Origin: a virus | Taxonomy: Duplodnaviria > Caudoviricetes | IMG/VR virus record: IMGVR_UViG_3300025723_000013 | DNA length: 64,000 bases | Reading direction: 5' to 3' (one strand) | Part shown: one piece after another, positions 1 through 16,600 of the stretch | Position numbering within the stretch: position 1 is the stretch's first letter | Layout: the number at the start of each line of letters is the position of its first letter | The notes under the pieces: model-generated | Seen by the model: the letters and a program-made list of their open reading frames with translations, nothing else | Told to the model about the DNA's origin: nothing | Databases searched by the model: none | Program-made: the position numbers and the translations under genes

Positions 1-3000
1 CTGGGATTTGGCTAGCTGCTCCTACGCTACCAATGTAACCAACGGATCCAAGATAACCGATAGATCCGGTATAGCCAATGGATCCGATATAGCCAGCGGA
101 TCCTGTATAGCCAATGGATCCGGTATAGCCAATGGATCCCGCATATCCAACCGATCCTGTATATCCTGATGCAGTGCTAGCAGATCCGACGTATCCAATA
201 CTGCCTGTGAATCCAACAGAGCCAGTATAACCGATGCTGCCTGCATATCCAATACTGCCTGCATATCCAATACTGCCTGTGAATCCTGTTGACCCTATAA
301 ATCCAGTGGTACCTGTAGAACCCACTGAGCCAATATAACCCGTTGATCCAACAAACCCAGTAGTGCCTGTGGAACCCACTGATCCTATAAATCCAACGGA
401 TCCTGTAAATCCAATGGTACCTGTGGAACCCACTGAGCCAATATAACCCGTTGATCCAACAAATCCAGTGGTACCTGTGGAACCCACTGATCCTACAAAA
501 CCAGTAGTGCCTGTTGACCCACTGGATCCGGTGTACCCTGTTGATCCAACGAACCCAGTAGTACCTGTGGAACCCACTGAGCCTATAAATCCAGTTGATC
601 CTGTAAAGCCAGTGGTACCTGTGGAACCCACTGATCCTGTGTATCCAATTGATCCTACAAAACCAGTGGTACCTGTGGAACCCACCGATCCTGTGTATCC
701 GATACTACCAACAAATCCAGTGGTACCTGTGGAACCCACTGATCCTACGAATCCAGTGGTACCTGTGGAACCCACTGATCCTACGAATCCAACGGATCCT
801 GTAAATCCAATGGTACCTGTGGAACCCACTGACCCTACGAATCCAGTGGTACCTGTGGAACCCACTGATCCTACGAATCCAACTGATCCTGTAAATCCAA
901 TGGTACCTGTGGAACCCACTGATCCTACGAATCCAGTGGTACCTGTGGAACCCACTGATCCTACGAATCCAACGGATCCTGTAAATCCAATGGTACCTGT
1001 GGAACCCACTGATCCTACGAATCCAGTTGATCCTACGAATCCAATTGATCCTGTAAATCCGATTGTGCCAGTAGAACCCACTGATCCTACGAATCCAGTG
1101 GTACCTGTGGAACCCACCGATCCTGTGTATCCGATACTACCAACAAACCCAGTAGTACCTGTGGAACCCACTGATCCTACAAATCCAGTGGTACCTGTGG
1201 AACCCACTGATCCTACGAATCCAACTGATCCAACAAATCCAGTGGTACCTGTGGAACCCACTGATCCTACAAATCCAATGGTACCGGTGGAACCCACTGA
1301 TCCTGTGTATCCGATACTCCCAACAAACCCAGTAGTGCCAGTAGAACCCACTGATCCAATATATCCGATACTGCCTGTGAATCCGATTGAACCAGCAAAC
1401 CCAGTGGACCCGGTATAACCAGTGGACCCGGTATAACCAGTGGACCCAATATATCCCGGAACTTGGCTAGCTGCTCCTACACTACCAGTATAGCCAATAG
1501 ATCCGTTATAGCCAATGGATCCTGCATATCCTGTGGATCCAACAAATCCAACATTACCGATTGATCCGGTATAGCCGACGTACCCAACGGATCCTGAATA
1601 GCCAGCACTTCCAATATACCCAGTTGAACCTGTATAGCCAGTTGAACCTGTATAGCCAGGCTGTATACTAGCTGAACCAATATATCCTATCGGACCAAGT
1701 GAACCAATGTATCCTGCACTGCCTACAAACCCAGATGCAGTGCTGGCCGAGCCGGTATATCCCACGGATCCTGCATATCCCGAAGCGGTACTGGCCGAGC
1801 CGGTATATCCAATGCTGCCGGTATATCCCACAGATCCTGCATAGCCCGATGCTGTACTAGCCGAACCGGTATAACCTGCGCCTGTACTTCCGGTATATCC
1901 AACGGATCCTGCGTATCCTGAAGCGGTACTGGCCGAGCCGGTATATCCCACGGATCCTGCATATCCCGAAGCGGTACTGGCCGAGCCGGTATATCCAATG
2001 CTGCCGGTATATCCCACAGATCCTGCATAGCCCGATGCTGTACTAGCCGAACCGGTATAACCTGCGCCTGTACTTCCGGTATATCCAACGGATCCTGCGT
2101 ATCCTGAAGCGGTACTGGCCGAGCCGGTATATCCCACGGATCCTGCATATCCCGAAGCGGTACTGGCCGAGCCGGTATATCCAATGCTGCCGGTATATCC
2201 CACAGATCCTGCATAGCCCGATGCTGTACTAGCCGAACCGGTATATCCAATGCTGCCGGTATATCCCAAGGATCCTGTGTATCCTGAAGCGGTACTAGCC
2301 GACCCGGTATATCCTGTTGAACCGGCGAATCCTAAGGATCCTGTGTATCCCGAAACAGTACTGGCCGAGCCGGTATATCCTGTTGAACCGGCGAATCCTA
2401 AGGATCCTGTGTATCCCGAAACAGTACTGGCCGAGCCGGTATATCCAATGCTGCCGGTATATCCTGCGGAACCTGTAAATCCTTGTGATCCTATGTAGCC
2501 AATCGATCCAGTATAACCAAGAGACCCAGTGAAGCCAATAGGTCCCAACGATCCTGTATATCCTGCGGATCCAGTATAACTCACGGATCCAGTATATCCG
2601 GTTGACCCGGTTGATCCTGTGTATCCAGTCGAACCGTTATATCCAGTGGATCCAGTATAACTGCTACTGCCTGTAAAACCAATTGGTCCTATCGAACCTG
2701 TATACCCAAAATTGCCACTGCTCCCTTGTGATCCTATATAACCAATAGAACCATTATAACCCTGCGCACCCAGTGTTGAAACCACTTGCCATCCGCTAGA
2801 AAGATTATTATAAACAAATATAACTTCTATGCCTTTGACATTAAGCAATACATTGGTGCTGGAGCTTTCAATATTACTGCCATTGTTATATACGGTTAAT
2901 GGATATGCCGCCCAATTATTGCCATCAACTACGGCTACAAATGTACCCGTAGATGGATTAGACGGTAACGTTAACCCAAAAGATCCGTTAGTGGTATCGG

Positions 3001-3589
3001 CTATGTACTGCGTATTTGCTGTAGCTGTGGTATCAGCGGTTATTCTAATAAAATAGGGACTGCTTCCGGCACCCGAATTCCAAATGGTTACATTACCAGT
3101 ACTGGTGTTTATGTACGTGCCGGTTCCTGCCGTAATTGATTGCACTCCGGTAGTGGTGGTCAAGACCAAAGAATTGCCACTATAAACAGCGGTGGCATAC
3201 AGCTTGCCTCCTACTCCAACTCCGCCTGCTACAGTCAATGCCCCGGTGGTAGTTGAGCTTGATCCTGTCGGATTGGTGATCGAGATTGCATTGCTAGTTA
3301 CGGACCCAAAATTGGTTACAAGTTGTAATGTACCTGTATTTGAAATTGCTACAGTACCCGAACCTACGGTAGTAACGGAAATTCCCGGGCCGGCTTGTAC
3401 GACCACTCCGCCAGTTAATGTGGTTAATACTTGCGCTCCTGCTGCATAAATTATTCCAGAAACATTTAATGATCCACCAATTCCTGCTCCGCCTGCTACA
3501 ATCAGGGCGCCGGACGAAGTTCCTGTACTAATGGCAGTAGATTCTACTACCAATCCATTTTTTACATAAAAATTGTTGTTTGTTGCCAT
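1..3589 (-). CDS. Collagen-like Gly-repeat tail-fibre/virion protein (partial; C-terminus beyond window start, >=1196 aa)
   Basis: Not in the ORF track because it has no stop in the window. Hand translation from ATG 3589 gives MATNNNFYVKNGLVVESTAISTGTSSGALIVAGGAGIGG. The same frame reads FVYNNLSSGWQVVSTLGAQG near 2818 and [19 protein letters not shown] at the window edge. Positions ~1-2760 are (G-Y/F-T/V/I-G-S-x)n with Gly every third residue. Confidence 0.85.
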   Translation of the reverse strand, partial: MATNNNFYVKNGLVVESTAISTGTSSGALIVAGGAGIGGSLNVSGIIYAAGAQVLTTLTGGVVVQAGPGISVTTVGSGTVAISNTGTLQLVTNFGSVTSNAISITNPTGSSSTTTGALTVAGGVGVGGKLYATAVYSGNSLVLTTTTGVQSITAGTGTYINTSTGNVTIWNSGAGSSPYFIRITADTTATANTQYIADTTNGSFGLTLPSNPSTGTFVAVVDGNNWAAYPLTVYNNGSNIESSSTNVLLNVKGIEVIFVYNNLSSGWQVVSTLGAQGYNGSIGYIGSQGSSGNFGYTGSIGPIGFTGSSSYTGSTGYNGSTGYTGSTGSTGYTGSVSYTGSAGYTGSLGPIGFTGSLGYTGSIGYIGSQGFTGSAGYTGSIGYTGSASTVSGYTGSLGFAGSTGYTGSASTVSGYTGSLGFAGSTGYTGSASTASGYTGSLGYTGSIGYTGSASTASGYAGSVGYTGSIGYTGSASTASGYAGSVGYTGSASTASGYAGSVGYTGSTGAGYTGSASTASGYAGSVGYTGSIGYTGSASTASGYAGSVGYTGSASTASGYAGSVGYTGSTGAGYTGSASTASGYAGSVGYTGSIGYTGSASTASGYAGSVGYTGSASTASGFVGSAGYIGSLGPIGYIGSASIQPGYTGSTGYTGSTGYIGSAGYSGSVGYVGYTGSIGNVGFVGSTGYAGSIGYNGSIGYTGSVGAASQVPGYIGSTGYTGSTGYTGSTGFAGSIGFTGSIGYIGSVGSTGTTGFVGSIGYTGSVGSTGTIGFVGSVGSTGTTGFVGSVGFVGSVGSTGTTGFVGSVGSTGTTGFVGSIGYTGSVGSTGTTGFVGSVGSTGTIGFTGSIGFVGSTGFVGSVGSTGTIGFTGSVGFVGSVGSTGTTGFVGSVGSTGTIGFTGSVGFVGSVGSTGTTGFVGSVGSTGTIGFTGSVGFVGSVGSTGTTGFVGSVGSTGTTGFVGSIGYTGSVGSTGTTGFVGSIGYTGSVGSTGTTGFTGSTGFIGSVGSTGTTGFVGSTGYTGSSGSTGTTGFVGSVGSTGTTGFVGSTGYIGSVGSTGTIGFTGSVGFIGSVGSTGTTGFVGSTGYIGSVGSTGTTGFIGSTGFTGSIGYAGSIGYAGSIGYTGSVGFTGSIGYVGSASTASGYTGSVGYAGSIGYTGSIGYTGSAGYIGSIGYTGSIGYLGSVGYIGSVGAASQIP
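721..1027. repeat. Near-perfect 90-bp tandem repeat (~3.4 copies; 36+36+18-bp subunits) inside the fibre gene
   Basis: tggtacctgtggaacccactga(t/c)cctacga recurs at 721, 811, 901 and 991. Confidence 0.9.
1743..2244. repeat. 186-bp tandem repeat (~2.7 copies, 62 codons) inside the fibre gene
   Basis: ctggccgagccggtatatcccacggatcc starts at 1743, 1929 and 2115; ccgaaccggtataacctgcgcc at 1861 and 2047. Confidence 0.9.
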
Positions 3590-3628
3590 TAGTTTTCCAC
3601 TATAGTAACGGAGTAATGTTACTTTTGT

Positions 3629-3635
3629 TATTTAT
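3629..3635 (-). promoter_or_regulatory. T4-type late promoter (ATAAATA)
   Basis: Minus strand reads AATAAATAAC, 40 nt upstream of ATG 3589; matches the T4 gp55 TATAAATA consensus. Confidence 0.6.
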
Positions 3636-3704
3636 TGATTTTAAATAAATCAAATGCACATAATTTAAGGCAATTATGCCCTAATTTGGACTCCACAGTA
3701 TAAA

Positions 3705-5108
3705 TCAATTGGTTATCAATGTTCTAGTCCATGTTATAGACATGTTTATTGGATTATACGGAGTAAAAGCCAATGTAACTGCTCCGCCTATTATAGTGGC
3801 GTCAAAGGTTCCTAATTCGCCATTGTTAGTACTGATTCCGTATTCGTTTTTGTAAACAGTGGTTCCTGCATAAAATAATGTGATTTCAGAAATATGAACA
3901 CTCCCTGAATCCACTATTTGTATCAAGTATCGAGCAGTTCTGTAAATTGAGGTGGAGTAGGATTCTAACTGTACAGAGGTAGGCAAATTAATTCCTGAAT
4001 ATTTATTTCCAGTTATCCAAATTCCACTTCCGGTTGTACTCAAGAGTATCCCGCCATTGTTGATACCAAAATTAAATGTTCCAGATCCTCCAGATTGTAA
4101 ATTGCCTCCAATTCCGGCTCCGCCAATTACCTGTAGCGCGCCTGACGAAGTCGAATTGGAATTGGCTGTTCCTGATACAAATAAACTATTAGCCACCGAT
4201 AACTGATTGTTAATTGTGGCAGCACCTCCAACATATAAACCTCCCCCGATACCTACTCCGCCGGCTACAGTCAATGCCCCGGTAGTTGTGCTAACTGTAA
4301 GCCCATTACTGGTTATTACTACATTGCCGCCTGCATAAAGATTTCCGCCAAGTCCTAATCCGCCATTCTGTATTACCAATGCTCCTGTCAAAGTTGACAA
4401 GGCAGCGGCGGCATTATTGATTGTGATGGCATTGGTGGTTGTTGATCCAATATTGGTCACATATTGTAAAGATGCAGTATTTTGTATATAAACAGTTCCA
4501 GTGCCATTTTGTCCCAGCGACCAAACTTGCAAGCCTGCGCCAGCACTGGAGTAATTCAAGGTAGCATTACTAGCAACGATTGATCCAACACCCAAACTTG
4601 GAACATTAACAGTTGTTAATACAGGAGCTCCGTTAATGTACATGGCTTGGGAAGCAAATATTGTGGCTGCTCCTATTCCACCATTTGTTACTTGTAACGC
4701 ATTACCCAAAATAGAGGATGTTGATTGATAAGATCCCTGTATGGTAGCGCTATTGGCTATAATCAAATTTCCCAGTGTTCCGGTAGATCCAGCCAGTGTA
4801 TAATTTCCAAAAGTGGCTGCGGTAACTACCGGCGAATTATTAACAGTAGCTTGTCCGCCTACATTAAGATCTCCGTTGATACCTGCGCCTCCGCCAATAA
4901 CCAAAGCGCCGGTAGTTGGACTGGTTGAGGATGTGGCATTGTTGACAGTAAATGTTGTAGTTGTTCCTTGAACACTAAAGTTTGTTGAATTAAACCAAAC
5001 TGTGACTGCTCCGGTTGAGGTGCTAACACTGGTTCCTGTTCCGGCAGTTAGACTGCTGACTCCTACTCCGCCTGGAGATCCTTTGATATTACTATATTGG
5101 ATTGACAT
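3705..5108 (-). CDS. Virion structural / tail-fibre-associated protein (467 aa)
   Basis: Repeated S/TSTTTGALxVxGGxGIGGxLxVGG motifs. The C-terminal domain YRTARYLIQI...YKNEYG is of the kind seen in T4-like fibre proteins. Confidence 0.65.
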   Translation of the reverse strand: MSIQYSNIKGSPGGVGVSSLTAGTGTSVSTSTGAVTVWFNSTNFSVQGTTTTFTVNNATSSTSPTTGALVIGGGAGINGDLNVGGQATVNNSPVVTAATFGNYTLAGSTGTLGNLIIANSATIQGSYQSTSSILGNALQVTNGGIGAATIFASQAMYINGAPVLTTVNVPSLGVGSIVASNATLNYSSAGAGLQVWSLGQNGTGTVYIQNTASLQYVTNIGSTTTNAITINNAAAALSTLTGALVIQNGGLGLGGNLYAGGNVVITSNGLTVSTTTGALTVAGGVGIGGGLYVGGAATINNQLSVANSLFVSGTANSNSTSSGALQVIGGAGIGGNLQSGGSGTFNFGINNGGILLSTTGSGIWITGNKYSGINLPTSVQLESYSTSIYRTARYLIQIVDSGSVHISEITLFYAGTTVYKNEYGISTNNGELGTFDATIIGGAVTLAFTPYNPINMSITWTRTLITN

Positions 5109-5111
5109 TTT

Positions 5112-5974
5112 TTATACTACCCCTAATAACCAACCTTGAGAATTTCCAGAATATATCAAAGAATTGGCAGCGTTGTTTACGTTGACTATTAATGTTCCGG
5201 TTGTGCCATATATATTTGTACCAGTGCTTGGTTGGAAAATTAAATTTTTTGTTCCAAAAGTGCCTGAATAATCTATAAATGACACTGATGATCCAGTTGA
5301 CACATTTAATAAAGGTAGAGTAACAGTAATACTGGATGATGAAGTATCAATCAATAATTTATCACCTATTACCGATTGATAATTGGAATTGATATAGGTC
5401 CAAAATCCTCCAGAAACATTTCCTATTATTGTGCCTTGAACTGTTAAATTTTGTAAAGTGGTTGGCCCAGTGACCTGCAAAGATGTAAATTTAGCAGTTG
5501 ATGGATTAGTACTACCAATGGCCACATTATCCATGCTGCCAGGTGCACCTGGAAATATACTCACTGTTCCCAGCCCGCTGGGTTTAATACTTACATTGGC
5601 TCCACTAGGACTGAGAGTGATATCACTGTTAGCAGTCAAAGATCCATTGACTACTAAAGATGAGGAAAATTGAACCGGACCGCCCACTGTCAGGCTTCCG
5701 GATATAGATGAATTTCCTAAATCAGTAAAATTACCACCTAGATATAAATTTCCTCCAATAGAAGCACCACCATACGGTATAATTAATGCACCTGTAGAAG
5801 TATTAGTTGGTTGAGCTGTACCTCCTATGAATAGATTTTGCAAAACAGTATTAGCATTTCTGCGCCAACTGTTGGTTGAGGTAGAATAGTTATACAGTAT
5901 ACCATTTACCTGGGCCAGCTGTCCATCAACAAGGGGAGGAGATGGAAACGAGTTCATATTCGGTGGATTTGGCA

Positions 5975-5975
<1 letters not shown>
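5112..5975 (-). CDS. Virion structural protein (287 aa)
   Basis: Contains the TGALIIPYGGASIGGNL motif. The C-terminal DKLLIDTSSSSITVTLP...FIDYSGTFGTKNL...LIYSGNSQGW domain is typical of phage fibre adaptors. Confidence 0.6.
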
Positions 5976-10298
<4,323 letters not shown>

Positions 10299-10306
<8 letters not shown>

Positions 10307-10685
10307 TAGCGGTCTCCAATACGCTAAGTGTTATATTACAGGTTCCTGGACTATCTGCATAACATACCACACTATCCAATTGCTCGACGATCATTTTACC
10401 ATTAACTGCGTTTGCGGCATCATTGGGTGGAACCAGAAATGCATCAAGCATTATGGTAGTTACTCCTGCCGGCTGAGCATTATGCCCGCTGGCGTCTGCA
10501 AATATAGGAAAGTTCCTTTGATGCGCAAACGTTACTGCATGAGCGTTCACTAGATCCAAATTGGCAATCTGTGTCATCAATACGATACTGGTTACTCCGA
10601 TAGGAGCAGTATAAACCGTAGCAGTGGTGTTGGTTGTTAACACCGCGGTTATTGTTCTAAATGTGTTTAACGGTAACGATGCCAT
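10299..10685 (-). CDS. Small structural hypothetical protein (128 aa)
   Basis: ORF coupled between two structural genes, with an AGGA RBS. Loosely similar in layout to the 104-aa protein at 19301. Confidence 0.6.
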
Positions 10686-10697
10686 GTTGTTTTCCTT

Positions 10698-13600
10698 TTA
10701 TCTTCCTTCAATCGCTAATATAAACGGTGTCAAATTAGCAAACAAGCTCTTAGTAAATGTTCTTCCACTCAATACACCGGTGGCCTGGCTAATTACCAAT
10801 CCCGGTCCAATCCTAAAATCACCATTTTGATCTGTTGATGTAAAGAATATCTTACCATTATTTACTTGAACTACTTCCTGTCCCTGTATAGGATCTGCCA
10901 CTCCTCTCTGGGGCAATGCACTGTATGTCACGCCAGCACCCACGTATTCAAATGTATAGCCCGAAGCACTCATATAACTTCTTTGATAGAAGTTAACAGT
11001 GGCACCGTCTGGAAACAGCAGTGGATTGGATACTGTTTCTTCAATTCGCACAATATGATGTGTTCCTGCTCGATACCAATAACTCAATCCGCTGTAAACG
11101 CTGTAGTAGTTGGTACCGTAAGTGAGATCATAGATCAACTGTTGTAAGATTAGAGCCACGTCGCGCCGACATTTATATTCTTTGAAGGGCAAGGTTGGGT
11201 ATGTTTGTTTAATATAAACTATAACACTGTCAACATAGCTTTGTATATTGTTGGAAATTACGATAATAGCTGCTCCTGCTCCGGCCGGCGGAATAGTAGC
11301 CGGAACGGTGCTGGGCTTGACTATGTTGATTGTGTTGGTAACTGTTGATCCTGACACCTTTGTGGTGTAGGTCACTATATTTCCGCTGGCGTTAACAATT
11401 GGTAAAGTCGTAGACGATGTTAAACTGGTGATATAGTTTATGGATGTATTAATAAAATTGATAGGTCCTAAGATATTTGCATTGGTTAAAGTGTTAGCTA
11501 TCAATGTATTGAGATATCGCAAACTGGCCACTTCCGGACCTATTTGATCTACTTGTACACTTGCTGTGCTAAGAATACTGGTCCCCAATGTGTGTCCAAA
11601 GCTGTCATTGATTGTGCTGGAATCCACGGTATAATATGCATTACCGCAGAAATAAACATTGAAATAGTTGTTGTTGGTAAACAAGTTTGAGTTGGTAGGA
11701 TCTTGTCCGCCGTTGCCCAATCCTTGATTCAATGTTATTGATTGATAGCCAATGGCAACTATAGTGGTGCCTGGGAATGTGTAAGGCACAAAAATATTAT
11801 TAGTAGATGTTGTTCCTGTATTTCCATATTGATCGCGTATGTATACAGTATTGCCAACTGCTGCACCGGTAGTGTCAATGCCTTTTATTGTGATGCTGCC
11901 CGTGGTCAAAACGCCCACACTGGGTGAACCGGTTAGGAATCCAGGATAGCCTGCAGAATTAATATAGGTGGTAACAGTGTTTAAATATCCATTAAAATAA
12001 TTCACAGGAGGAACAATTTCCATTAACAGACCAATATGCGGTCTATAGCTAGTATCCGGCAAGTATACTTCAAGTGTGCCATTTTGTGGATAATAGCCTA
12101 GCGGGAAGTATTGTCCTATAGAGGTTGCAGTTGATTGTGAATAGCTGTATATGTAAGTGGGATAAGGCGGATTGTAAATGGTTCCGCTGAATTCTAATGG
12201 TCCATGCCCGTTTGATAGCAAGCAAATATCGCCAAAGTTGCTGTTGCTGTTTACAATACTTGCGATACCACCGTTGTCCACTTGCACGCCCACACTGCAG
12301 AAAATGGTGAATACAGATACCAGCTGAGCATAGCCGTTGTTGGTCACATGTATACCAACACCGCCTTGATTGATCTGCGTGAACGCATCATACACAAATG
12401 ATTGTATTGGCGAAATATCACTAACTACAGATCCATCAACGAGACTGCCGCCCATGGCGCCTATAACATCAACTTTTCTGCTGTTCCATGTGCTGGAACT
12501 GCCTGTATACTGAAGGCTCAGTGCTTCGACTTGACTGTTAGTGGCTGGGAATACTGCAGGGTTTCCAAAATACAGTGTGCCATTTTGCGCATCGCCAATA
12601 GTGGGTGTTGATAATTTAATGGTATACACATTGTTTGAGTTGGTAAAGCTCAGTACCGTTGTACTATTTCTCACATCATCCGAGCTGATTCCTGTTGTGG
12701 CAAACAGACCGGATCCGGTAAATGCAGGAGGAGCAGCATTTGGTCCATTTTGTATCACATTGGTTATGATATGGAAATTTCTGTTGATAGCAGTGGCAGC
12801 ATATTGACCGCCAATTAGATTGTAGTTGAAATATTGTGTAGCTGTTGATGTTATCGTGCTCAAATATCTTGTTACTGTTGAGTTATCAAACGTAGAGCTC
12901 ACAATGGGTGTATTGCTGATAACATTTAGGCATATGGCGTTCAAGTAGTTTATAGAATCCACACATATTGGAGCTTCTATGGATCCAAGAACCGGTGTAA
13001 CTCCCATAAATGCAGGTTCGATCACTTGCGGATACACTACTTGATAACTTGGAACTAGCGGTTGATTCTGAATAACAGATGCCATGATATATTTCAAATG
13101 ATCATAGGCTGCTGCCACTTGAGGTATTTCATTTCCTGCCGCAGTAACCAGTGCCGATGATGTGTTACTGAATGTATAATAGTACACTCCAGTTTGAATG
13201 GTTTGACGATTGCCCCCATGCAGTAGATCAAAACTTAAGGCATCAATCATGTTGCCCACATCTCTAGTTAGAGTAGCAGTATTAATACCCAAAGTGTTAT
13301 ACTTGTTGGTAATAGTTGTAACCGTTTGTGTTTGTAGCACACTTCTGTTGGCCTGTATCAATTCGTATGCCATCACAGTATTGGTGTTGAGTGATGGAAG
13401 TCCATTGGGCACAATTAAGTTAGTTACATTGGCAGTTCCCGAAGTGAGAATATTGGTCAGCGTATTGACATTTGCAGTGATTGTGGCTGTGGATGATAGA
13501 TAGTATGTTATTATTTGATTGATATAAATGCCCAGCGTCTGGACAGTGTCTACCGTGGCGGTCAATAGACTTTGAGTACCGGTGGTTAAACCGGCCTGAT

Positions 13601-16600
13601 TCCAATATTGTAAACCAGCAAATGTGCTTTGAGTATTGCCGTTATAGAGCAAATCCATGGCCACGCTGTCCACAATGATTCCTGTATCTCTCACACACGT
13701 GACCTTGTCATAATAAAAAGGCTGTGCAAAATAATAATTGATGTACGCGATTAATTCATTTTGTATGAATGCTCGATTAGCTGTCAATAAATTATAGGCA
13801 TTGATAGTGGACTGAGTTGTGGTTGATGCTAGAAGAATAGGCTTCTTGGCATAGGGAATATTGGGTCCAGTATTGATGATGCTGTTGATAATGTCAATGT
13901 CATTGGCGATAAATGCCACATCGGCGCTGGTTCCTGTATTGGTACTGGTAATAGGACTAACAGCATTTCCAGGCGAAGGAGTTACAGTTTGACCCAGGAT
14001 CAACTGGCTGGACACTTGTTTGATCCTGTTGTAGGCCGCTGTGATCTGTGCCAGCTCGTATGTGATTACACTGCTGTTGGGATTGTAATTGTAGTAATAG
14101 ACACCAGATTGTATGCTCTGTCTATTTCCACCATGTAACAAATCAAATGCCACGCTGGTCACTATATAACCAACATCTCTCGCGCATTTAACCTGATCAT
14201 ATTGAAATCCGGTAGCAAACTGATTGTTGATATAGGCAACTGTTTCAGCCTGTATAAATGTTCTATTGGCCGCTAGCAATTGCGCAGCATATACTGTGGT
14301 TGCTGTGGTGGTTGCTGTGATCGCGATAGAATTAGGAGCTAGAGCCGCCGATGTTCCTGAGTTGATAATATTGACAATTAAACTGATTTCTTTATTGACA
14401 TTAAAAACATCAGCCGTTGTCCCAGTGTTGGCACTGAGCACTTGTGTGACCGTTGTTTGATACTGTGTGGGTATTCTTTGTCCTGTTATGATGAAATTTG
14501 CAAGACTGTTTATAAAATTATATGCCGCAGTGGTTTGTGGAATTTCATTTGGAATAGCAGTTGATGTATTTGTGGAAGTAAATGCGTAGTAATAGACACC
14601 AGTTTGAATGGCCTGTCTATTTCCTCCATACAACAAATCAAACGCCACACTGTCTACCATTGATCCCATTGTTTGATAAAATTTATTCACATTATAAGAA
14701 TAGCCATACGGGCTGGTAGCTGTGATATAAGCTATCGCTTCTGTTTGCAGATAATTTCTATTGGCTTCTAATAACCAATAGGCAGTTTTCACATTGGTAT
14801 TGGTACTGGCCGATATGCCATTGGGCACAATCAAATCTGTTACGCCGGCGGTGCCTGAATTTATTATGCCAACAATCAAATTGAAATCATTATAAATGGT
14901 TTGTGCTTCTGCGATCGTGGCGGTTGTGCTTGAAGTGATTTGTTGCACAGCAGTTTGATATCTTTTGCCCGTAACGGTATTGGTTACGATTTGGGTGGCC
15001 AAATTGTTTATGTAGTTGATGGTGTTGGTTGTGGTGGTTATTTCTTGCAGGAATGTGGGACTGGCATATCCATTTTGGCTCCAGTATTGCAATCCGGCAA
15101 AATTGCTTTGCGTATATCCATTGCCTGGGAAAAGCAAGTCCAACGATATAGAATCAACGATCAATCCTGTATCTCTATAACAAGTGGCCTGATTGTAAAC
15201 AAATCCCGGATTGTTTTTATTCACATATGCTACCACTTCGGCAGCAATAAAATTTTGATTGGCCAATAAAATATTGTAGGAATTAATTAGACCAACATTG
15301 GTAGAAGACGAACCGTTTGGCACGATCTGATTGGTGATTCCTGTGACACCATTTGACAAAATATTGGTAATGGTGCTGAACAACAGTGCCACTGTTGTAG
15401 TGGCACTGGAAGCAAATGTGGATGTTGTACCAAACACCTGACTGGTAGCAGTCTGTAAAGATGTCACTGTGCTGTTGACAACTATTTTTTGTGCCAATTG
15501 ACTGGCATATTTGATTGCGTTTGTAGTTGTTGTGATTTCTTGTGCGATAGCACCGGTATAGCCGTATTGACTCCAGTATTGTAGTCCAGCAAAAATGGCC
15601 TGACTGTTGTCTTGTTGCAATAAATCCAGCGCCAAACTGTCAACTATTAATCCAGTATCTCTATAGCAGGTGGAGGTGTTGTAATTGAATCCGTTGCCAA
15701 ATGTGTTATCAATCCAGCCTGTGAGTTCGGCAGATATAAATGCGCGATTGGCTTCTAATAGATTGTAGGCATTAAACGCATTGGTATTGGTAGACAGTGC
15801 GTTGACCGCTATGGTACTGGGATACGAAGAAGATTTTGGGCCTTGTGTCACAATCTGCGTTATGAGATCAAGATTGGTGTCAATGGACTGCGCTTCTGCT
15901 GCCGTGGCCGGAGCTAGATTGGTTATTTGCGCAATCAATGTTTGATACAGTCCTGTGTTTTGCATGTTGTTAACTATGTTTACACATAGCTGCTGCATAT
16001 AAGTCAAAGCCGATGTTGGTAGAAGTTGTAAACTATTATAGTTAAGATAGTATTGTATCGCTGCCTGAATGGTGTTGGCATTGCCGCCGGCGGCGGTATC
16101 TGCTGCTATAGCTGTAAGCACCGTTCCGATATATTGATAACTTAGAGCTTGCTGTACAGGAGTCAGTGTATATGTGGCTGTGAATAAACTTCTTATATAG
16201 GCACTGACTTCTGTTTGAACAAACTGTATATTTTCATTTAGAATAACTTGGGCATTGGTATAGCCCGGTCCAAGATTGGGCCCAACCACAGTGGCAGGAA
16301 CAGCACTTGGACCTGTTGTATAGATATTTTTAAACAATGAGAAATTGTTTATCACAGCAGTTTGTGCTACGCCGCTGTCATCCTTGCTGCTTGTAAAATA
16401 ACTTAGCGCCGCTTCAATGGTTTTGGTATTGCCGCCAACAATAATGTCTTGGCTGATGGCATCGATCAAAAATCCCGAATCTCGATAAGACTTTGCGAGA
16501 TTGGTCACGAATGTGGGATAGGTGGCTGCAACATAATTGGCCACTTGTGTTTGCAAGAAATTTCTATTGTTATGCAATAGTAATTCTGCGCTAACCAATG

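Noticed and set aside
700-2460. Regularly spaced direct repeats that superficially resemble a CRISPR array
   Set aside because: Units are contiguous multiples of 3 bp inside an open reading frame, with no unique spacers and no cas genes.
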